Shown in pieces: positions 8,788 to 18,523 of a stretch of DNA of 64,000 nt (positions within the stretch are counted from its first letter, which is position 1; each line of letters opens with the position of its first letter). A program made the position numbers and the translations under genes. Under the pieces are notes generated by a model. It did not search any database, was not told the DNA's origin, and was given only the letters and a program-made list of their open reading frames with translations. This DNA is from an uncultured Chlamydiales bacterium (GTDB lineage Bacteria; Chlamydiota; Chlamydiia; Chlamydiales; Rhabdochlamydiaceae). The stretch is from contig OY969554.1 of assembly GCA_963700985.1 (NCBI GenBank), positions 768,001 through 832,000 on the forward strand, given 5' to 3'.

Positions 8788-9885
8788 ATGTACATATACG
8801 AACGTGAAAACTGGCCGGACTTTTTATGGGAGCAAGAAAAACTCTCAGATTTGCTTATTCAGCTACGTCATGAGCAGGGACGATTAATCGGTGGAATGGA
8901 ATCCATCGGCTTCCATGCGCGTGAAGAGACCATGTTACAAGTCTTAACACAAGATGTCGTTAAATCGAGCGAAATTGAAGGCGAGATTTTAGATCAAACA
9001 CAAGTGCGCTCTTCCGTTGCTAGGCATCTAGGAATGGATATTGCGGCTCTGGATGCCATAGATCGAAATATAGATGGCGTTGTTGAAATGATGCTCGATG
9101 CGACGCAAAATTTTGATCAACCGCTCACCAAAGAGAGGCTATTAAATTGGCGCGCATCCCTATTCCCAACCGGCCGCAGTGGCTTTACAAAGATTAGGAC
9201 TGGAGCGTGGCGCATAGGTCCCGTCCAGGTCGTCTCTGGTCAGATGGGCAAGGAGACAGTTCATTTCGAAGCCCCTCCTGCTGAACGAGTCGATCATGAG
9301 ATGAAGTTGTTTTTAGATTGGCTAAACACAGAGCGATCTCTTGATCTAGTTTTAAAAGCAGCTATTGCTCATCTCTGGTTCGTTACGATTCACCCCTTTG
9401 AAGATGGAAATGGCCGCATAGGACGCGCAATCGCAGACCTAATCCTAGCGCGTTCGGAAAATAGTTCACACCGTTTCTACAGCCTATCTGCGCAAATTCA
9501 AAAAGAGAGAAAACAATACTACGCCATTTTAGAGAAAACCCAAAAGGGAGCTTTAGACATTACACCCTGGATAGAGTGGTTTTTCTGTTGTCTTAGACAC
9601 GCAATCGAAGATGCATTGTCTACTCTTGACGCTATTCTACATAAGGCGCAGTTTTGGGAATCACTGGCAGAAGTTCCACTAAATGAAAGACAGCGAAAAG
9701 TTATCAATCGTTTGCTTGATGGCTTTGAGGGTAAATTAACCACATCCAAATGGGCCAAGATCACAAAGTGCTCTCAAGACACTGCCTATCGAGATATCCT
9801 CGACCTCACCAGCCTAGGAATACTCAAGAAAAATCCAGAAGGCGGCCGCAATACAAGCTATTCCCTTGTTATGAAAGAGATTTAG
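8788..9885 (+). CDS. Fic family protein (DUF4172-type N-terminus, C-terminal HTH)
   Basis: Fic motif HPFEDGNGRIGR; SSEIEGE motif; C-terminal KWAKITKCSQDTAYRDI helix-turn-helix. Confidence 0.92.
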   Translation: MYIYERENWPDFLWEQEKLSDLLIQLRHEQGRLIGGMESIGFHAREETMLQVLTQDVVKSSEIEGEILDQTQVRSSVARHLGMDIAALDAIDRNIDGVVEMMLDATQNFDQPLTKERLLNWRASLFPTGRSGFTKIRTGAWRIGPVQVVSGQMGKETVHFEAPPAERVDHEMKLFLDWLNTERSLDLVLKAAIAHLWFVTIHPFEDGNGRIGRAIADLILARSENSSHRFYSLSAQIQKERKQYYAILEKTQKGALDITPWIEWFFCCLRHAIEDALSTLDAILHKAQFWESLAEVPLNERQRKVINRLLDGFEGKLTTSKWAKITKCSQDTAYRDILDLTSLGILKKNPEGGRNTSYSLVMKEI

Positions 9886-10068
9886 CGCCCTCTTAGCTTT
9901 TTCGAAAAAAAAATCTCGCGGTTGCCATAGAATGCAGGCACGTCGAAGATATTGTGCCAATAAAAATAGGGCATATTTATTCCGAACTTAGATTCGACCT
10001 TTCCAGTTGAGAGAAAGCGACCTAAGTATGTAGTACTACCATCAAAATCGACGTATAATCCAAGCCTG

Positions 10069-10124
10069 GAAATGAAAAAGACACTCAAGGATTAATCTTG
10101 AGTGCCTCAAAAAGAAAGGTCTCC
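10069..10124 (-). repeat. Diverged direct copy of the tRNA-Asn 3' end and terminator (att-like scar)
   Basis: gaaatgaaaaagacactcaaggattaatcttgagtgcctcaaaaagaaaggtctcc aligns with gaaatgaaaaaggcactcaagaattatcttgagtgccttaaatagaagtctcc (11887-11939). Confidence 0.8.
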
Positions 10125-10219
10125 AGATACTGGGTACACTTAGGACTTTTGACTGGCTCAACCTCTCTCAAGAATTTTCAAGCCTATCGCTAATCATACC
10201 TATAACCAAGTCATAATTT

Positions 10220-10248
10220 TTGAACTTTTTTTGACATAACGGTATACT
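10220..10248 (+). promoter_or_regulatory. Putative sigma70/sigma66-type promoter of the monooxygenase gene
   Basis: TTGAAC-17 nt-TATACT. Confidence 0.45.
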
Positions 10249-10321
10249 AGTATTGTCGATAATCCGTTTGAAATTATCCGTTTTGCACTGAAAAGCAATT
10301 ACTTTAAAGAAGATTGAAAAA

Positions 10322-11764
10322 GTGAAAACTAAAGAGGCTTACTGGACTATTTGTCCGAAATGTTGTGGATGCGGCAAAAAAAACTTGAAGCTCCGCAAGA
10401 AAGCGAGACTCCGCTATCAAATAGCAATTAAGGAATTTGAAAAAGCTCAGCGTGAAGGAAAGGCTTCGGTTCGCCCTAAAGTTACTCAATATTTATGCGA
10501 TAATTGCAGTGGATCTGGCTTGATTTCTGCTACTAGTCACCCCATAGCAGACACAGAAAACTATCCACATGTAGCAATTATTGGTGCCGGTATAGGAGGC
10601 GTGGCGCTGGCTGTAGCTTGTTTGCATCGTGGTATTCCATTTACCCTTTATGAGCGCGATAGCAGCTTCGATGCACGAGCTCAAGGCTATGGACTTACCT
10701 TGCAACAAGCAAGCAACGCAATTAAAGGATTGGGTCTTTTCACTTTAAAAGACGGGGGTAGTTCCACACGTCATGTGGTGCATACTACAGAAGGAAAAGA
10801 AATTACTGAATGGGGAGTGAGGACGCATTCAAACATTAAAAAATCTCCAAGGCGTATAAATGCGCATATCCCGCGACAAGCCCTACGCTTAGCGTTGCTT
10901 GAGCAATTGGGCGAACATGATGCCGTGCAGTGGGGGCACCGTTTAGTTAGTTTTAAGCAATGTGAAGATAAAAGTGTTGAGCTACGCTTTCAAGTTAACG
11001 GAGAGATGAAGATTGCCAAGGTAGATTTGGTGGTGGGTGCTGATGGTATTCGTAGTGTTGTGCGCAGCTTGTTGATTGGCGAGGATATTACACCTTTGCG
11101 TTACCTGGGTTATGTAGTAATTTTGGGTATTTGTTCTTTAGAGGTTCTTAAGGGTGTTGAGAGTTCTTTGCTCGACTCAGCCACCGTGTTTCAAACCGTC
11201 AATGGCCATGAGCGAATCTACATGATGCCTTACTCGTTAGACTCGGTAATGTGGCAACTTAGTTTCCCCATGCCGGAAGAAGAGGCTAAGGCCTTGAGCG
11301 CACAAGGAGCTCAGGTGCTTAAAGAAGAAGCTTGTCGTAGAACACAGTGGCATAAGCCTATTCCTCAAATTTTATCAGCAACGCTACCGGCACAAATTTC
11401 AGGTTATCCCGTTTACGACCGAGAATTACTCAAGTCGGAATTATTGGAAAAAGCTGGGGCATGTACTTTGATTGGAGATGCAGCTCACCCTATGAGTCCA
11501 TTTAAAGGACAAGGTGCGAATCAGGCTCTGTTGGATGCGCTGGCACTGGCTCGTAACATATCAATAGCATGTACTCCCTTGTCTAAATGGCGAGAAACCG
11601 GAGTGAGAGAAATTGTACTAACTGACTTTGAAGAAGAAATGTTAGCACGTAGTGCTTCTAAAGTGAAGGATTCAGCTGAGGCTGCGGAGCTTCTACATTC
11701 CAAAGATGTGCTACGCGAAGGTTATGGACCTAAAGGACGGTCTTTACGAGGTAATACCCTGTAA
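10322..11764 (+). CDS. FAD-dependent monooxygenase with N-terminal CxxCxGxG zinc-finger pair
   Basis: IIGAGIGG, VGADGIRS and LIGDAAHPMSPFKGQGANQA motifs; CPKCCGCG and CDNCSGSG at the N-terminus. Confidence 0.88.
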   Translation: MKTKEAYWTICPKCCGCGKKNLKLRKKARLRYQIAIKEFEKAQREGKASVRPKVTQYLCDNCSGSGLISATSHPIADTENYPHVAIIGAGIGGVALAVACLHRGIPFTLYERDSSFDARAQGYGLTLQQASNAIKGLGLFTLKDGGSSTRHVVHTTEGKEITEWGVRTHSNIKKSPRRINAHIPRQALRLALLEQLGEHDAVQWGHRLVSFKQCEDKSVELRFQVNGEMKIAKVDLVVGADGIRSVVRSLLIGEDITPLRYLGYVVILGICSLEVLKGVESSLLDSATVFQTVNGHERIYMMPYSLDSVMWQLSFPMPEEEAKALSAQGAQVLKEEACRRTQWHKPIPQILSATLPAQISGYPVYDRELLKSELLEKAGACTLIGDAAHPMSPFKGQGANQALLDALALARNISIACTPLSKWRETGVREIVLTDFEEEMLARSASKVKDSAEAAELLHSKDVLREGYGPKGRSLRGNTL

Positions 11765-11892
11765 TTAGGGTCAATCCTAACATTCTGACGTTTTTAGGTT
11801 TATACCATCCTCTCCTCCAGTTGTTAATGAGATAGTTTACGTTGCTCTAAAACATTCAGACGCATGTTTTAGTAGATATAGAATTAGAAATG

Positions 11893-11925
11893 AAAAAGGC
11901 ACTCAAGAATTATCTTGAGTGCCTT
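11893..11925 (-). terminator. Intrinsic terminator of tRNA-Asn
   Basis: aggcactcaaga/tcttgagtgcct stem followed by a T-run on the minus strand. Confidence 0.75.
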
Positions 11926-11935
11926 AAATAGAAGT

Positions 11936-12007
11936 CTCCGGGTGTAGGATTCGAACCTACGACCAACGGATTAACAGTCCGCTGCTCTACCACTGAGCTA
12001 ACCCGGA
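11936..12007 (-). tRNA. tRNA-Asn (GTT), CCA not encoded
   Basis: TCCGGGTTAGCTCAGTGGTAGAGCAGCGGACTGTTAATCCGTTGGTCGTAGGTTCGAATCCTACACCCGGAG folds as a cloverleaf with anticodon GTT. Confidence 0.96.
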
Positions 12008-12082
12008 ATACAAAGCGAGAATCTTAGGAAAGAATACCAATTAAAGGCAATCTTTTCAGCGTTTTGAGATAAAGCAAGAAGC

Positions 12083-13339
12083 TTAGCTGCCTTCACTTTC
12101 GTCGCGTAATTTTTCAAAATAGACTACACGCTTTTTCATTTCTCGCTCAAAGCCGCGCTCTTGTGGATGATAGAAGGATTGACGGGCCATCTGATCTGGA
12201 AAATAGTTTTGACCGGAGAAACCTTGAGGGGTGTCATGGTCGTAAATATAGCCTTTTCCATAGCCCATTTTTTTCATCATGGTAGTAGGTGCATTCAGAA
12301 TGATGTAGGGCGGCGGCAGATGGGATGTTTCTGTGGCGGTCTCTTTCGACTGATTGTAAGCGGCATAGACAGCATTACTTTTTGGGGCAAGCGCGAGGTA
12401 GACGACGACTTGCGCCAGAGCTAACTCCCCTTCTGGCGAGCCTAGCATCTCAAAGGCATCACGTGCAGCCACGGCCAAGGTGAGAGCTTGCGGATCGGCC
12501 AAGCCAATATCTTCTGAAGCCATGCGGATCAGGCGTCTTGCGATAAAGAGTGGATCTTCACCGCCAATAAGCATGCGATTAAACCAGTAGAGCGCGGCAT
12601 CGGGATCTGAGCCACGCACAGATTTATGTAGAGCGGAAATAATATTGTAATGTTCATCGGTCGAACGATCAAAAAGAGGCGCTTTTTTCTGTAAAAAATT
12701 TTGCAGATCTTCAACGTTTAAAACTTCTTCAATTCCTTCTAGGTTTTCTACGAGGTTGAGAAGATAGCGGCCGTCGCCTTGCGCAAGATGTGTAAGGTAG
12801 TGGCGCGCTTCATCATTGAGTTTGAGTGGGCCTTTCTGCGCTTCAAAGCGTTGCAAGATATTCTCAAGCGAATTCTCATCTAAAAAATTTAGTTTCAGCA
12901 CGCGAACCCGCGACAAGAGCGCTTTGTTCAAATAGAATGAGGGGTTTTCAACCGTGGCACCAACGAGGACGAGCTTCCCGCTCTCTAAAAACGGCAAAAA
13001 AGCATCTTGTTGGGCTTTGTTAAACCTGTGGATCTCATCGACAAAAAGTAAAATAGGCCCAAAAAGTGGCGTGTCTTTCCCCTCTTTCAGCAGCTGCTTT
13101 AATTCAGCCACACCACTGAAGATAGCGCTCAAACTTTCAAAGCGCATCGAAAACGCTTTGGCATAGAGATGCGCGATGGATGTTTTACCTGTGCCTGGTG
13201 GCCCCCATAAGATAATCGAGAGGGGCTTCTTTTTTTCGAGAATTTTGGTAATGAAACCGTGCGGTCCTAAAAGATGTTGTTGTCCGACAATTTCATCGAA
13301 TTTTTTAGGCCGTAATTGTTCTGAAAGTGGAGCGTTCAT
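12083..13339 (-). CDS. rarA: Replication-associated recombination protein A (MgsA/RarA)
   Basis: [47 protein letters not shown]. Confidence 0.95.
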   Translation of the reverse strand: MNAPLSEQLRPKKFDEIVGQQHLLGPHGFITKILEKKKPLSIILWGPPGTGKTSIAHLYAKAFSMRFESLSAIFSGVAELKQLLKEGKDTPLFGPILLFVDEIHRFNKAQQDAFLPFLESGKLVLVGATVENPSFYLNKALLSRVRVLKLNFLDENSLENILQRFEAQKGPLKLNDEARHYLTHLAQGDGRYLLNLVENLEGIEEVLNVEDLQNFLQKKAPLFDRSTDEHYNIISALHKSVRGSDPDAALYWFNRMLIGGEDPLFIARRLIRMASEDIGLADPQALTLAVAARDAFEMLGSPEGELALAQVVVYLALAPKSNAVYAAYNQSKETATETSHLPPPYIILNAPTTMMKKMGYGKGYIYDHDTPQGFSGQNYFPDQMARQSFYHPQERGFEREMKKRVVYFEKLRDESEGS

Positions 13340-13432
13340 GATCTCTATTATATAACATAAAAGCAGTATAAATTGCGTCTCATTTTCAAGGCTGGTATTC
13401 TTGCTCGGATTATAGATTCAGAAGAGGGATAA

Positions 13433-15592
13433 ATGAGTGCAGCAAAACCGATTACATCAGGTACGTCTAAAACTAACCCAAGCTTAGCACCCCATCTAGA
13501 AGGAAAAGAAACTAAAGCAAATCCTCTAACTCAGATAGCTGTTAGCGCGCTGAGCCGTGATATGGCAAATCGAATGGGCCCTATTGTCGGCGATCCCAAT
13601 GCCTCAGCAGCCAAGAAAATGGAGTATATTCAGAAGGCATTGAACTTGGAAGAGTTCCAATTAAAAGAAACTTCGCGTCCTAAACCTAAACTCCAGCTTT
13701 CATTAAGCGAAAAAACTCTTTTAAATCGCATGCTTCGAGATTGTGTATTCGAACAAGGCCTTACCCTCTTAGATCTATGGGGTCTCGAGGTTTATAATCA
13801 TATGAAAGCACTTGCCAGAATCATAACCCCAAAAGATATGGCGGCTCTGAAGGAAAATCTCCAAATATTCTGTAAAACTTTTGCCAGAAAAGCCGTAGAA
13901 AGTTCAGCTAAAAATGCTGAAGAATATATTAAAAAATGGGTGAATCAGCTCGCTGAGCTCAAAAATGATTTACAGATAGTAGCTTCTTCAATCCCTAATG
14001 CTTTTAAAGAAAAGCAACAGGCTTTCGCTGCGCTTATTGATCGATTAAGTCTTGGCATTACCCTTTTGCGTAACAATAATATGCAAAAACTGCGCTCAAA
14101 TGTTGATTTATTTTTCACAGAAACCGTGAAGCCAGATACAGCGAATCCTGAAAAAACTCTCCAAGGACTAATTACCTATACGAAATTTCTATCGGAGGGC
14201 TTTCCGGTTGTTTGTAAAGTCCAGCCTCCACAACTCGATCTCACCATATTTTCCAAAATACACCAGCACTTAACGAATATTTTAGAGGCTGCTGATAAGC
14301 AAACGGCTATGAAAGCCTTAAAACGTGATCTTCACGTATGGTTTTCAAAATTTCCTGCCAATGATGAGGATCTAAAAGATGCAAATATGCGAGCTGCAGC
14401 TGGAAAGATAAACTACAAAGTCTACTGTGCAAAGTACGGCATTAAATACGAAAAAGAACCAACAGAAATTGAATTTTGCCAATCTCTATTTGTCAATTAT
14501 TTGCAAAATAGTTTTTTGAACGCCCGTGTTGATTTCTGCTTGAATCTTGTAGATGCGCAATACATGACACCTCTTTTTCCAGATACGTATGCATCTACTT
14601 ACCTGGGCTTTCGCCGACTTTATATGAATGTCAGCACGATAAATCAAATTGTTCTAGAAAAAAAGCCTGCTTCTGCTCCTGTTCATCCAGCTTTTCCTGG
14701 TTTATTGGCTTCCGCCCAGAAAAAAGAGATTAGCCAACTTTTAGACACAATCCATGCAGACACGGCCGCTTTAACACGCGCTGCGTTTCCTCCACGCAAG
14801 TTTTTTGAAACTGCGCACCTGATTCTCGATCAGAAGCAGTGTATCATATTCGATGAGGAGCTTATCTTCATCGAAGGATTTGAGCCTCTGCTAAAGCTTT
14901 TCGAAAAGCTGCCTCCTCAATTAAATGAGTTGCGTCTTAAGCATCTAAAACTTATCGAGGCATTTCTCAAAACATTAGATTTAAAAGAACTCGCAAAAAA
15001 CCGCGATCAGTGGATCGATTTCTTTCAAAAGGCGTGCCTGAATGCAACGATCGACTTTTGCCGTTTGAATATGATCGTCAAAGATTTGCAGGCCTGCGCA
15101 GAACTCGACACGGTGAATGGCGAAGAGCTCTTTCTAGATGAATATGTGGACTATGTTCTGCTGGATGGCATCGAGGGGCTTATCGATCACCTAATTAAGC
15201 CCGCACATCCCATGCGCGAAGAGCCAGAAGGCAGGCCTGAGAAACCACGACCTGTAACTATACGCATCTCCGCGGTTGCAAGCAGTGCACTTCCAGCTGC
15301 TCCAGCTAAACCCCCTGCAGAAAGGGTTGAACGAAAAAAAGAGCTGCCAGTTCCTAGAGTTACAGAAGCGCCCGCTTTAGATTTTCGTCGAATAAAAAAG
15401 CGCAAATTATTGCAGCTCTTGAAAGCACATGGAATTAATCTCGATGCCGGAAGACGTAGATCAACTGGTCATCAGCCTTATGTAGGTGAGGATGGAACAC
15501 GATACACCATTCCTTCTGGTAGTAAGCATGACATCTTGAGACCTAAAACTTTTAAAAGTTTGGCAAATAGAGTGGATTCAAAAGAAGGGTAA
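13433..15592 (+). CDS. Hypothetical 719-aa helical protein with Pro-rich linker and C-terminal HicA-like domain (putative effector)
   Basis: Long ORF with AGAGGG RBS; S/T/P-rich N-terminus; C-terminal KKRKLLQLLKAHG...STGHQPY...RYTIP...DILRPKTFKSL. Confidence 0.6.
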   Translation: MSAAKPITSGTSKTNPSLAPHLEGKETKANPLTQIAVSALSRDMANRMGPIVGDPNASAAKKMEYIQKALNLEEFQLKETSRPKPKLQLSLSEKTLLNRMLRDCVFEQGLTLLDLWGLEVYNHMKALARIITPKDMAALKENLQIFCKTFARKAVESSAKNAEEYIKKWVNQLAELKNDLQIVASSIPNAFKEKQQAFAALIDRLSLGITLLRNNNMQKLRSNVDLFFTETVKPDTANPEKTLQGLITYTKFLSEGFPVVCKVQPPQLDLTIFSKIHQHLTNILEAADKQTAMKALKRDLHVWFSKFPANDEDLKDANMRAAAGKINYKVYCAKYGIKYEKEPTEIEFCQSLFVNYLQNSFLNARVDFCLNLVDAQYMTPLFPDTYASTYLGFRRLYMNVSTINQIVLEKKPASAPVHPAFPGLLASAQKKEISQLLDTIHADTAALTRAAFPPRKFFETAHLILDQKQCIIFDEELIFIEGFEPLLKLFEKLPPQLNELRLKHLKLIEAFLKTLDLKELAKNRDQWIDFFQKACLNATIDFCRLNMIVKDLQACAELDTVNGEELFLDEYVDYVLLDGIEGLIDHLIKPAHPMREEPEGRPEKPRPVTIRISAVASSALPAAPAKPPAERVERKKELPVPRVTEAPALDFRRIKKRKLLQLLKAHGINLDAGRRRSTGHQPYVGEDGTRYTIPSGSKHDILRPKTFKSLANRVDSKEG

Positions 15593-15660
15593 AGGCATTG
15601 CAAAAAAATAAATCTACAACATAAAGTTTCTAAACGAGTTATTTTACCTTGAGCATAATT

Positions 15661-16326
15661 ATGGCTATAGACAACTCACCTAGATTTACTTCTCTTCTTT
15701 CTCCTTTGCCGCCACCAAATCCAGTAGAATTCAAAGAGCAGAAAGCTGAGGAGCCAGCTTTCATCCCTCCTGGGTTAATACCTATGCCGCAAGCAGATAC
15801 ACATTCTTCCGCAGCAAATGGCAAAAAACGCAAAATAGAGGTCTTAAATCTACTCTCATCAGAAATGCGTCGCTCTGAGGAGAGTGAAAAAACATTAATG
15901 GAAAGCAATCGCAAACTCGGAGAAGATTTCGCTGCCGCACAAGATCAGATACGCAAGCTTGAAAAAGAACTCGCTGCTGCACAAAGCAACATAATAAATT
16001 TAGAATTCTCATCAAAAACACATCAGCTTAATTCTGCTTTTTGGATAGCTGAGGTAAAGAAGATCCTAGTTGTTATTTCGCTTCTTAAAGCACAAAGAAT
16101 AATCGACATACACTCTATCTCAAACCTTAGCCGAATAATTTTTTCTTTAACACAAAATTTTACTCCTCCGCCACTCTCTGCTCCTTCTGAGATTTCACCT
16201 CTCTTACTCCCCATGAATGCAAATGCTCAAGTATCTCACTCTTCTTCGGCAATTTTACCTCTCTTAGAAGCCTTGAACAGCAACACTCAAGCTGTGAGCG
16301 ACCCCACAAAAGCTGGCCCTAGATAA
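15661..16326 (+). CDS. Hypothetical protein with coiled coil and Pro/Ser-rich termini
   Basis: Long ORF; heptad-like region ESNRKLGEDFAAAQDQIRKLEKELAAAQ; KKRK motif; start placed at ATG 15661. Confidence 0.55.
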   Translation: MAIDNSPRFTSLLSPLPPPNPVEFKEQKAEEPAFIPPGLIPMPQADTHSSAANGKKRKIEVLNLLSSEMRRSEESEKTLMESNRKLGEDFAAAQDQIRKLEKELAAAQSNIINLEFSSKTHQLNSAFWIAEVKKILVVISLLKAQRIIDIHSISNLSRIIFSLTQNFTPPPLSAPSEISPLLLPMNANAQVSHSSSAILPLLEALNSNTQAVSDPTKAGPR

Positions 16327-16365
16327 ATTTAGACTTTTGCAGCCACCTCTGTTAATTTAATTTGC

Positions 16366-18522
16366 ATGGACGAGATCTACGGCTATGTTGAGAGCATTGT
16401 TTTTACGGAAAGCGAACGCGGCTTTACAGTCGCTCGTTTAAAAGAGCCTAAAAAATTAGAGCTTACCTGCATTGTCGGTTACCTTCCCACTCTTCAACCC
16501 GGCGAAACATTGCGCTGTAAAGGCGTTTGGAAGCGCCATCCTCAGCATGGCAATCAATTCGAAGTGCAGAGCTTCGATCTTCAAGCTCCAGCGGATTTAA
16601 TCGGCATCCAGAAGTATCTAGAATCAGGCATGATTAAAGGCATCGGCCCAGTCTATGCCGAGCGCATTGTGAAGAAATTTGGCTTAGAGACGCTGCAGAT
16701 TCTCGAAGATCGCCCTGAAAAATTGCTTGAGATCGAAGGGCTGGGCTCTAAACGCATCGAAAAGATAGCCGAGTGTTGGCGCGAGCAAAAAGCCATTCGC
16801 CAAGTGATGATTTTCTTACGCGGCCACAATGTGAGCCCTGCTTATGCGCAGAAAATTTTCAAGACCTACGGCGACAAGAGCATCGAAAAAGTCACCGAGA
16901 ACCCCTATAGTTTAGCAAAAGAGATCCACGGCATCGGCTTCAAAAGTGCTGACACCATTGCTAAGGGCTTGGGTATTCCACAAGATGCGCCGCATCGTAT
17001 CGATGCCGGAATCGAGCATGTGCTTTGGGAGCTTTCAAATGAAGGCCATGTGTGCATGCCCGAAAGCGAACTCCTCCCTGCCGCTGAAGGGATTTTGCAA
17101 GTAGATACGCAGCTTATCGCTCAAAGACTCGATGCGCTAGTGACCAACGGTGTCATCGTCAAAGAAAATGGCCATTTTTGGGTTAAGCCGCTTTATTTAG
17201 CTGAGATCGGCATAGCACGCGAAATCTCACGCCTTGCTACCACTCCCTCACCCCTGCGCGCAGTTGATCTAGAAAAAGCCATTGAATGGGTGCAAGCCCA
17301 GCTGCGTTTGGATCTGGCACCAGAACAGAGCCAAGCTGTGTGTGCCGGCCTTAAAGACAAGCTGCTGATCATTACGGGTGGACCTGGTACAGGTAAGAGC
17401 ACCATCACCAAAGCAATCTTGGCCATCACCTCTAAAATTACCAATCGCATTTTACTTGCTGCACCTACAGGTCGAGCAGCCAAGCGCCTCTCAGAGATTA
17501 CGCGACACAGAGCATCGACTATTCATAGCATGCTCGAGATGGACTTCACCCAAGGCGGTTTTAAGCGCGGCAAAGACAACTTATTGCAGTGCGATCTCTT
17601 GATCGTAGACGAAGCGAGCATGATCGATACATTCTTGATGTATAACCTGCTTAAAGCCATTCCAAGCAGTTCGCGCTTAATCTTAGTGGGCGATATCGAT
17701 CAGCTGCCAAGCGTAGGCCCTGGAAATGTCTTAAAAGACATCATCCGCTCGCAACGCTTTCCAGTAAGTCAATTGAAAGAGATTTTCAGACAAGCTGCCG
17801 GCTCAAGCATTGTCACTAATGCTCACCGCATCAATCAGGGCATCTTTCCCGAGATTTACCCGAAGCCAAATAGCGATTTCATGTTTATCGAAGTTGAAGA
17901 ACCGGAAAAAATCCTCGAAGAGATCGTCAATCTTGTTGCCACACACCTGCCGCGAAGTCATCGCTTTCACCGCTTCAATGAAATTCAAGTGCTGGCTCCC
18001 ATGAAAAAAGGTCGAATTGGCATCGAGAATTTAAACACGGTGCTTCAGCACGCCTTAAACCCCTCTCCTTCGCCACTCATCCGCATGGGCAAATCTTTTC
18101 ATGTGGGCGATAAGGTAATGCAGATGCGCAACAACTATCAGAAAGTGGTTTTTAACGGCGACGTAGGCCGTATCTCAGAGATCGATATGGCCGAGCAGCA
18201 GATGCGCGTGCTCTTCGATGATAAACCTGTGGTATATGAGTTTTCAGAACTCGATGAGATCGCGCTGGCTTATGCAGTATCGATTCACAAATATCAAGGT
18301 AGTGAGTGTCCTTGCATCGTTATGCCCATCCACACTAGCCATTTCAAATTGCTGAATCGCAATTTACTTTATACCGGTATCACGCGAGGCAAAAGGCTTG
18401 TCGTGCTTGTCGGCACAAAAAAAGCCCTCGCCATCGCCGTCACGAATGAAGAAGTCAAAAAGCGCTATACAGGCCTTGCCGAAGCGATCTCATCACGCAT
18501 CGAAGCGCTAGTAGGAGGCTAA
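16366..18522 (+). CDS. recD2: ATP-dependent RecD-like DNA helicase RecD2
   Basis: N-terminal OB/HhH region (KGIGP), TGGPGTGKST, VDEASM, LAYAVSIHKYQGSE, LLYTGITRGK. Confidence 0.95.
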   Translation: MDEIYGYVESIVFTESERGFTVARLKEPKKLELTCIVGYLPTLQPGETLRCKGVWKRHPQHGNQFEVQSFDLQAPADLIGIQKYLESGMIKGIGPVYAERIVKKFGLETLQILEDRPEKLLEIEGLGSKRIEKIAECWREQKAIRQVMIFLRGHNVSPAYAQKIFKTYGDKSIEKVTENPYSLAKEIHGIGFKSADTIAKGLGIPQDAPHRIDAGIEHVLWELSNEGHVCMPESELLPAAEGILQVDTQLIAQRLDALVTNGVIVKENGHFWVKPLYLAEIGIAREISRLATTPSPLRAVDLEKAIEWVQAQLRLDLAPEQSQAVCAGLKDKLLIITGGPGTGKSTITKAILAITSKITNRILLAAPTGRAAKRLSEITRHRASTIHSMLEMDFTQGGFKRGKDNLLQCDLLIVDEASMIDTFLMYNLLKAIPSSSRLILVGDIDQLPSVGPGNVLKDIIRSQRFPVSQLKEIFRQAAGSSIVTNAHRINQGIFPEIYPKPNSDFMFIEVEEPEKILEEIVNLVATHLPRSHRFHRFNEIQVLAPMKKGRIGIENLNTVLQHALNPSPSPLIRMGKSFHVGDKVMQMRNNYQKVVFNGDVGRISEIDMAEQQMRVLFDDKPVVYEFSELDEIALAYAVSIHKYQGSECPCIVMPIHTSHFKLLNRNLLYTGITRGKRLVVLVGTKKALAIAVTNEEVKKRYTGLAEAISSRIEALVGG

Positions 18523-18523
18523 G

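Noticed and set aside
9882-10088. 68-aa minus-strand ORF
   Set aside because: Its start lies in the duplicated terminator and no family is recognisable; it may be a gene fragment, but I cannot support that.
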